Shown one piece after another: positions 24,950 through 30,790 of a DNA stretch of 30,790 bases; positions within the stretch are counted from its first letter, which is position 1, and each line of letters starts with the position of its first letter. The stretch spans positions 1 to 30,790 of the forward strand of contig CAXEIX010000001.1 in assembly GCA_963996605.1 (NCBI GenBank). Reading direction: 5' to 3'. The position numbers and the translations under genes are program-made. This stretch comes from an uncultured Candidatus Poseidoniales archaeon (GTDB lineage Archaea > Thermoplasmatota > Poseidoniia > Poseidoniales > Thalassarchaeaceae). The notes beneath the pieces were generated by a model. The model searched no databases. It was not told where the DNA came from and saw only the letters and a program-made list of their open reading frames with translations.

Positions 24950-26104
24950 ATGCTCTCACTGCCCCAGTTCCCCGATCTGGCCGAAGCGCCAGACCTCTCC
25001 GACACGGAGGGCTGCATCCAGTGCCAGATGGGCAGCAAACTCGTCCTGTTCATCACTGGGAACTGCCATTGGCAGTGCGACTACTGCCCCCTCTCCGAGA
25101 CCCGTCGAGACATCGACTGGATGTTTGCAAACGAGAGGAGGTGCGAGACTTTCGACGAGGTGATCGAGGAGGCACGCGCAATGAGGGCCACGGGGGCTGG
25201 CATCACTGGAGGCGACCCACTGATGGCGAAGGAAAGAACCCTGGAGGGCATTTCCCGACTGAAGGAAGAGTTTGGATCAGAATTCCACCTCCACATGTAC
25301 ACCAGCATCCCCTTCAGGCCGGAAGTGGCCAGCGACTTCGCTGACGCTGGGCTGGACGAGATCAGATTCCATTTGCTCGACCTTGATGCAGAGAGGTACC
25401 GCTCGACGATCTCTGCGTGCGCAGAGGCGGGCATCCTCACAGGGGTGGAGATTCCCTGCGAGCCGGACAAGAGGGACGAACTCCTCTCACTACTAGATGA
25501 GCTGAGGGATTTCGACATCTCATTCCTGAACCTAAACGAGCTCGAAATCACGGTAGGCAACCACGACAACATGGAACTGAGGGGCTTCAACCTCTCAACC
25601 GAGATCACCGCGGGAGCCGCTGGCTCGAACGAGCTGGCACATGAAATGAAGTCCAGGGTGATGGCAGCAGATCAGGGCGTAGCCGATCCCACGGACGGAG
25701 CCACACGCGAACCATTCGGATTCCATCTGAAGTTCTGCACTGCCGTCTTCAAGGACTCCGGACAGATGAGGAGGCGCTTCCTGAGAAGGGGGGAGTCAAC
25801 CATCGCCCCCCACGAGGTACTGACCGAGGACGGGACGCTAATCTTCGGGGCCATTGATGCAGATGCCGAATCCAAGGAAGACTGGATGGATGAAATCGTC
25901 AATGAGACCGGGCTGCCTCGGAGATTCCTCCTCTGGGACGATAAGAATGGCCGCATCGAGATGCCCCTGGTAATAGCAGAGGACATAGCAGAGCAGATAG
26001 AAGAACCCGTCTTCATGGTCGAGGTCCTGCCTACTCACGAGAGGCTAGAGGTCACCATGGTCCTCCTAAACGGGACCGAGGACAATGAGGCTGATTCCGA
26101 ATGA
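24950..26104 (+). CDS. Radical SAM protein of a conserved archaeal uncharacterised family
   Basis: GCIQCQMGSKLVLFITGNCHWQCDYCP (CxxxCxxC plus an upstream CxxC), GITGGDP, GLDEIRFH, FLNLNELE. Confidence 0.88.
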   Translation: MLSLPQFPDLAEAPDLSDTEGCIQCQMGSKLVLFITGNCHWQCDYCPLSETRRDIDWMFANERRCETFDEVIEEARAMRATGAGITGGDPLMAKERTLEGISRLKEEFGSEFHLHMYTSIPFRPEVASDFADAGLDEIRFHLLDLDAERYRSTISACAEAGILTGVEIPCEPDKRDELLSLLDELRDFDISFLNLNELEITVGNHDNMELRGFNLSTEITAGAAGSNELAHEMKSRVMAADQGVADPTDGATREPFGFHLKFCTAVFKDSGQMRRRFLRRGESTIAPHEVLTEDGTLIFGAIDADAESKEDWMDEIVNETGLPRRFLLWDDKNGRIEMPLVIAEDIAEQIEEPVFMVEVLPTHERLEVTMVLLNGTEDNEADSE

Positions 26105-26676
26105 AGAACTCCGGTCACAGGCTGGGCACCTCTGGTACGCAAACCGAGAACACCATCGAGGGTCTCCAGAGCTCCTTGGGCAACCCATCGAGAAGTGACT
26201 TCAGGTACTGGGAGTTCGACATCCAGGAGTCCTCCGATGGCGAGGTATTCGTATTCCACGACGACGCAATAACAGTCGATGGTTCACCCTCCGAGACATC
26301 AGATATGCCATTCTCTAAAATCCATGAGGCAGGACTCCAGCAAGGCATCTCAATCCCCCTATTCTCAGAGGTCTGCGAGCATCTGCGAGACAGGGAAGAA
26401 CCAGTAATGGTGGAGATCAAGCACTTGGAGACCGATCGGGCACGCACAGAAGTACTGGAAACGATTTCGAAGATGAGAAAATGGAAGGTGATGGCCACTC
26501 CGATCAGGTTCTCCAGGAGCTTCCCCGAGGAAAGCCGTGACGAGTGGCGCTCCAGATTCGAATCGGAAGGAGTCGAGCTAGTCAGGGTAGGTCGCCACAG
26601 GTTGAACCTCTTCCGCTCCTGCAAGACGAGAGTGGGTTGGGTTTTCGCCCAACCAAGGTGGCTTTTCGGCCTCTGA
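26101..26676 (+). CDS. Glycerophosphodiester phosphodiesterase family protein (short)
   Basis: GHR, ENT, WEFDIQESSDG, VFHDD and VEIK match the GDPD catalytic motifs. ATGA overlap with the radical SAM gene. Confidence 0.75.
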   Translation: MKNSGHRLGTSGTQTENTIEGLQSSLGNPSRSDFRYWEFDIQESSDGEVFVFHDDAITVDGSPSETSDMPFSKIHEAGLQQGISIPLFSEVCEHLRDREEPVMVEIKHLETDRARTEVLETISKMRKWKVMATPIRFSRSFPEESRDEWRSRFESEGVELVRVGRHRLNLFRSCKTRVGWVFAQPRWLFGL

Positions 26677-26688
26677 ACACTCCTCAAG

Positions 26689-28554
26689 TTGATATGTCCC
26701 CGACTTCCAATTGGCAACGTGCCGGTTAGGAAGCCAGACGCAGAGAACTCCAAGGTCAATCCATACCGGAGGCTGTCAGCCTCGCAGGTCAACGCCTGGA
26801 GGAAGTGCCCGAGACTGTGGTACTATGGTTGGATGGCCCGCCTCAAGTCGCCGCTCCCCCCTCAGATACTGAGGGGCAATGCAGTGGAAGAGTGCGTGTG
26901 CAGGGTCCTCCGTGAATCCCCTGCACTGCTGGCCCCGGACTCCCGTTCCTCGATGACAACCCCACTTGCCGAGGACGGATCCCCGGACTGGGACAGCCAG
27001 GACTACTGGGTGGGGCCAGGGCTGAGCCCCCTCCCAACGGAATCAATCCCAGATGACAGGGAATCAATGCTAGAATGGGCCACTGCAAGAGCCGAAGCGC
27101 ACTTCGAACGATGCTGGGATTCGGCGATCAGCGATTGGGAGTCCAGCCCAAACCGAGTAGGACTAGCAGAAGACGTGGACAAAGAGGAAGGATGGCAGAT
27201 GGTCGAATCTGCGATATCACTGCACTTGGACCAGGTTCAGTCGTGCATCGACTCAAGCGGAGGACCAGACCTCGAAGAATGGAGGTCAGGCTCTAGGCCC
27301 TACTGGCCAGCCCCCGACGGATTCCCCCGGGTGTGGGACGGACCCCACCCAGCAGCAGGCAGCGGGGAGATAACATGGGCAGAGGCTTGGGAGGTCGCTA
27401 GGCCATGGTTCGTCGACCCCGATGCCAAGTCCTTCACACAGACAAGTGCACATCCCGAAGAATGGTTCCAAGGCGAGTACGACCTCGTTTACCGATGGTC
27501 GGGCAAGACCACCATAGTCGACCTCAAGGCTTCGATTGGCAAGGGGGACAGGTCCGGCGACTATCTCGATCAACTTCGGATGTATGGTTGGCTCTGGTGG
27601 GAGACTCACGATAGGGAAGAGGTGGTTGAGGGACTCGAGATTTGGTACCTTGGTACGGGTACAGTGAAGCAAGTCCAACTCCCATCTACGGATGAGATGG
27701 AGTCGTTGAACGACGAACTAAAGGGCCTCTACAGGAAGATACATGCCCAAGACCCGGACATTTCGACATGCCCTCCCGAGCCATCCCCGCTAAGGTTCTT
27801 CGACAAGGGGGGGATTCCATCCGAGACGCCGACGCATCCAGATGAGAGGGCACGATGCAATCGGTGCGACTACCGAGGGATATGCGAGGGCTCTGATTAC
27901 GAGTTGGACCTTCCCCTGGAGGAACGGATAGAGAGGTTCGGACACGCTTGGCCGGTGACACCAATTGGCGAGATCATCACTCGTGCCAGCATAGTAGGGG
28001 ATGTCGTTGGCCTTCAAGGTCCGGAAATCATGGATGACGGGACAATCAGTCTCCAATTCACTCTCCAAGATGGTTATGACAGGGCCCGGGTGAGGCCATC
28101 AAGGCAGGGAAATCCACGTAATGTAACCAGGGGTATCTCCGAGGGTTCGAGAGTCAGAGTGGACGAGGGAATGCCATCGGTTTGGAGGGGTCAAATGCAG
28201 TTCGACCTCGATGACAAATCCTCGATATCTATGGCAAGCGATGATGATGTCGCCCCCGTAGTTGAGGTGGAGACCAGGGTGAGTGTGGTCGGGAGGGTGT
28301 GGTCCATCGATGCCTTTCCGAACGGGGTGGGCGTAAATCGCTGGTCGATCACCCTGATGGACAAGACGGGTTCGGCCGCATCCGTGGCATTCAAGCAGTT
28401 CATACCGGTTTCAGCCCCGGCCATATCCAGGGGCGATGAGATCGCGATACTGAACGGAGAGGTTGGCGAGTGGGCCGGTAGGCCTCAGGTCCGCATCGGT
28501 CCCGGCGCGCGCATTGTCATACTCAAGCACGCAGAGGATACTACCGACTTCTGA
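26689..28554 (+). CDS. PD-(D/E)XK (AddB/Cas4-like) nuclease fused to two OB-fold-like domains
   Basis: RLSASQVNAWRKCPRLWYY, GEYDLV...IVDLKAS, QLRMY, RCNRCDYRGIC. C-terminal VGDVV...TLQDG and VGRVW...TLMDKTG...GDEIAILNGEVGEWAGRPQV segments. Start codon uncertain. Confidence 0.8.
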   Translation: MICPRLPIGNVPVRKPDAENSKVNPYRRLSASQVNAWRKCPRLWYYGWMARLKSPLPPQILRGNAVEECVCRVLRESPALLAPDSRSSMTTPLAEDGSPDWDSQDYWVGPGLSPLPTESIPDDRESMLEWATARAEAHFERCWDSAISDWESSPNRVGLAEDVDKEEGWQMVESAISLHLDQVQSCIDSSGGPDLEEWRSGSRPYWPAPDGFPRVWDGPHPAAGSGEITWAEAWEVARPWFVDPDAKSFTQTSAHPEEWFQGEYDLVYRWSGKTTIVDLKASIGKGDRSGDYLDQLRMYGWLWWETHDREEVVEGLEIWYLGTGTVKQVQLPSTDEMESLNDELKGLYRKIHAQDPDISTCPPEPSPLRFFDKGGIPSETPTHPDERARCNRCDYRGICEGSDYELDLPLEERIERFGHAWPVTPIGEIITRASIVGDVVGLQGPEIMDDGTISLQFTLQDGYDRARVRPSRQGNPRNVTRGISEGSRVRVDEGMPSVWRGQMQFDLDDKSSISMASDDDVAPVVEVETRVSVVGRVWSIDAFPNGVGVNRWSITLMDKTGSAASVAFKQFIPVSAPAISRGDEIAILNGEVGEWAGRPQVRIGPGARIVILKHAEDTTDF

Positions 28555-28556
28555 CG

Positions 28557-29261
28557 CTACTGGCTAGAGCTAGGCAGGAAGGGCATCAACTGTGTCGCAA
28601 GCGAACTCATGTTCCTTGTCTGAATCCAGACCTTCCCAGAACCTTGGAAGTCAAGGGTGAAACCCTCTCCCCCGAACATGAAAGAACCGAGCCCCTTGAC
28701 CCTGCTGATGTTGTACGACAGTCCCTCTGTAAAGGCAACAACGTGTCCGTTATCGATCTTAATCGGCTTGTCAGGAGTCACCTCGATTTCCTTAATGGCC
28801 CCATATGAGCAGTAGAAGACCTTGCCCGGGACGTCTGTCGCCTCGGCTCTGAGGAAGAAGGCCCCCTCTCTGGAGAAGAGGGACTTGGCCCCCTGGAACT
28901 TCGTCGACACCTCGACGTTTACTTCAGAGGCCATGAATGCCCCTCCTTGCATGTAGAAAGACTCACCAGGGGATAGGTCGAACGTCTTGATGTCGCCAGG
29001 AGCAGATGGGGCCATCGATATCCACCCGCCCGAAGGCCCTGCAGTATACGTATTGACGAAGAAAGACTCCCCTCCAAGAGCACTCTTTACCATGCTCTTC
29101 ATGAATCCTCCAAGGCCACCGCCACCACCCATCCCTGTCTTCATTTCCATTCCATTTGACTGGGCAACCATGGCTCCTGGCTCGACCTTGATTTGCTCTC
29201 CAGGTGAGAGACTAGCAGTCATCAGTGTAAAGGCGGGTCCGAATTCGTTTTCTATTTCCAT
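28557..29261 (-). CDS. TIGR00266/AIM24 family protein
   Basis: EPGAMVAQS, GGESFFVNTY, QGGAFMAS, GEGAF-like REGAFFL, IDNGHVVAF, GGEGF...FQGSGKVWIQTRN. Confidence 0.9.
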   Translation of the reverse strand: MEIENEFGPAFTLMTASLSPGEQIKVEPGAMVAQSNGMEMKTGMGGGGGLGGFMKSMVKSALGGESFFVNTYTAGPSGGWISMAPSAPGDIKTFDLSPGESFYMQGGAFMASEVNVEVSTKFQGAKSLFSREGAFFLRAEATDVPGKVFYCSYGAIKEIEVTPDKPIKIDNGHVVAFTEGLSYNISRVKGLGSFMFGGEGFTLDFQGSGKVWIQTRNMSSLATQLMPFLPSSSQ

Positions 29262-29340
29262 CTGATAATGCTACAACATGACAGGTATAGTGTTACTGGC
29301 TATCGAAAAGAACGAAAAGTTGGCGTTTGGCCCAACTCCC

Positions 29341-30045
29341 ATGGCAACCTTCTCTCTGACTTTCAAACCTGGCGATCCAAGGGGGATGGTGGTTGCAGTA
29401 GTTTGTCTGACTATCGTCCTAGCCGTCGACATTTTTACCGTTCCATTACATTACGAGCAGTGGCAAACCAAGAACTGGGACAGGACCCCAGGGACAGTCG
29501 ATGACATCTACATCTGGGAGGATTGCGGAGGGGATGATGGGTGTACCTACGGGCTGCAAGTCGAGTATAGTTACGAGGTTGATGGGGTCAGACACGAAAG
29601 CGATCAGATTTCATTGGTAGATTGGGAGGACTCGACCGACTCCAGCCTAGGATGGAAGGAGGACTTCGAGCGGGACCACCCTCGCTTCTCCGTCATCGAT
29701 GTGTATGTGGACCCAAAAAACTCAGAACGTAGTGTTCTAATTACTGGATTCTCTGTCGGCTCCGGTGCGATCACAAACATAGCAATACTATCTTGTTGCA
29801 ACTTCTTTCTTCTATTCCTCGGCCTCGGCAGCGCTGGAAATGCAAACCCAAGAATCAGGACCAAACTGGAGAGGATCGGTTTTGGATTCCCCCAGGCAGA
29901 TTGGCTGGAGCACTCGGAAGAACCAGAAGATGAATCAGAAGAATACATTGTAGGGCAATCTGAAGAGAGCTCTGAAACTAGCGATGAATCGTCCGAAGAA
30001 GTAGGCTGGTGGGAAGATGATGATGGCGCCGAGAGAGGGATTTGA
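29341..30045 (+). CDS. DUF3592-like membrane protein with acidic tail
   Basis: TM, then TPGTV...VEYSYEVDGVRHES...VYVDPKNSERSVL, then TM, then an E/D/S-rich tail. Start 29341 preferred over 29278, which leaves only 16 nt to the divergent gene. Confidence 0.65.
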   Translation: MATFSLTFKPGDPRGMVVAVVCLTIVLAVDIFTVPLHYEQWQTKNWDRTPGTVDDIYIWEDCGGDDGCTYGLQVEYSYEVDGVRHESDQISLVDWEDSTDSSLGWKEDFERDHPRFSVIDVYVDPKNSERSVLITGFSVGSGAITNIAILSCCNFFLLFLGLGSAGNANPRIRTKLERIGFGFPQADWLEHSEEPEDESEEYIVGQSEESSETSDESSEEVGWWEDDDGAERGI

Positions 30046-30109
30046 ACCCCCGCGTCCAATGGACAGTGGATTTCGAATCCACCGCAATACCGGGCTATGC
30101 GATCTCGGC
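30024..30109 (-). tRNA. tRNA-Ser (anticodon CGA), CCA encoded
   Basis: Reverse complement: acceptor GCCGAGA/TCTCGGC, anticodon arm GTGGA-TTCGAAA-TCCAC, long variable arm GTCC-ATT-GGAC, T loop TTCAAAT, 3' GCCA. Confidence 0.97.
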
Positions 30110-30163
30110 AGCGAATCGGCCACCTGCGAATCAGACATAAGGCTGACCCGACCCCAGGCAATC

Positions 30164-30364
30164 GTGATTATCCAGATTGAGCATCTCGGCGAGACAACTG
30201 AAGTCGAATCAAAAGACCCGATTTCGGTAAGCGAGGTCCTTGAGAAGATGAGTGTTCCCCCATCCACGGTTCTCGCTGTCCATGGGGATACAATCGTGCC
30301 CCATACTTCGATAATAAAGAACGACACGAAGCTCGAACTCGTGGTGGTTTCGTCTGGCGGTTGA
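30164..30364 (+). CDS. ThiS/MoaD/SAMP ubiquitin-like sulfur carrier
   Basis: 66 aa from GTG 30164, with SVSEVLEKMSV and a C-terminal LVVVSSGG diglycine. Confidence 0.8.
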   Translation: MIIQIEHLGETTEVESKDPISVSEVLEKMSVPPSTVLAVHGDTIVPHTSIIKNDTKLELVVVSSGG

Positions 30365-30390
30365 AAGGCCCACAGACAACTTGGCCAGAA

Positions 30391-30501
30391 TTATCGCTGC
30401 TTGGCTCTCTTCCTAGCTGCCTTCCGCCTTCGGAGTTTCTTCTTTCGCCACTTCCAGCGTTGCTTCCCTTGCTTTTTCCAAGCACGGGAACCTCTCTTCA
30501 C
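30391..30501 (-). CDS. rpl41e: Ribosomal protein eL41 (L41e), 36 aa, absent from the ORF track
   Basis: Hand translation: MKRGSRAWKKQGKQRWKWRKKKLRRRKAARKRAKQR (GTG start). The RWKWxKK...RR core matches eL41, and a GGAGG SD lies upstream. Confidence 0.85.
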   Translation of the reverse strand: MKRGSRAWKKQGKQRWKWRKKKLRRRKAARKRAKQR

Positions 30502-30581
30502 TGTGAATCATCCTCCAGTTTGCGAGTCCATCCGACCTGCCTCGCGTATATGAGAGATTCGTGATACCTGCCTAGAGTAGG

Positions 30582-30658
30582 TGGTGGGCAATACAGGATT
30601 CGAACCCGTGTCACCGGCTTAGAAGGCCAGCATGATATCCAGACTACACCAATCGCCC
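30582..30658 (-). tRNA. tRNA-Arg (anticodon TCT), CCA encoded, no intron
   Basis: Reverse complement: acceptor GGGCGAT/ATTGCCC, anticodon arm CTGGC-CTTCTAA-GCCGG, T arm ACGGG-TTCGAAT-CCTGT, 3' ACCA. Confidence 0.95.
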
Positions 30659-30693
30659 TTGACCCCCTGCGGGAGCCTCACTTAGATGAACCC

Positions 30694-30789
30694 TCACTTC
30701 GCCTCAAACCTGCTTGCACACTTAGGACACCTTGCTGGCCTGGTCACCCTCCTCCTTTGCCATGTGTGCCCGCACTTGCCGCAGATCCA
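30694..30789 (-). CDS. C-terminal Zn-ribbon fragment of a gene running off the window
   Basis: WICGKCGHTWQRRRVTRPARCPKCASRFEAK* has two CxxC pairs. Confidence 0.6.
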   Translation of the reverse strand, partial: WICGKCGHTWQRRRVTRPARCPKCASRFEAK

Positions 30790-30790
30790 T

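Noticed and set aside
26689-28554. Cas4 or CRISPR system
   Set aside because: No repeat-spacer array or other cas gene is in the window, and the protein has a repair-type architecture.
30168-30485. 105 aa minus-strand ORF in the track
   Set aside because: A different minus frame encodes the recognisable eL41, and the plus strand encodes the ThiS-like gene.

Overview
Archaeal window, most likely Marine Group II Thermoplasmatota (Poseidoniales). This is an inference from an eL41 gene, an AbrB-PhoU regulator, GCTDPxAxNY repeats and an archaeal-type radical SAM gene. Left to right: the 3' part of a P5C dehydrogenase; a TPP riboswitch heading a sodium:solute symporter and a tightly linked PAP2 membrane phosphatase; and a ~17 kb phosphate cluster. 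The cluster holds AbrB-PhoU, a triple-domain PstS lipoprotein, a 772 aa PstC and a 1284 aa PstA with large Asp-rich extracellular inserts, and PstB with a TerB-like N-terminus. It continues with two small ORFs, a collagen-stalked choice-of-anchor-I (alkaline-phosphatase-associated) lipoprotein, TauE/SafE, and a tandem non-canonical thymidylate-kinase-like pair that is probably a heteromeric polyphosphate kinase. Housekeeping genes follow: Trx-CcdA fusion, tRNA-Val, deoC, serC, pdxT, radical SAM, GDPD, a PD-(D/E)XK nuclease-OB-fold fusion, AIM24, DUF3592, tRNA-Ser, ThiS/SAMP, eL41, tRNA-Arg and a partial Zn-ribbon gene. The strongest candidates for new biology are the enlarged Pst transporter with its uptake/hydrolysis/storage neighbours and the riboswitch-controlled symporter-phosphatase pair. 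All family calls come from motif recognition by eye; no searches were run.
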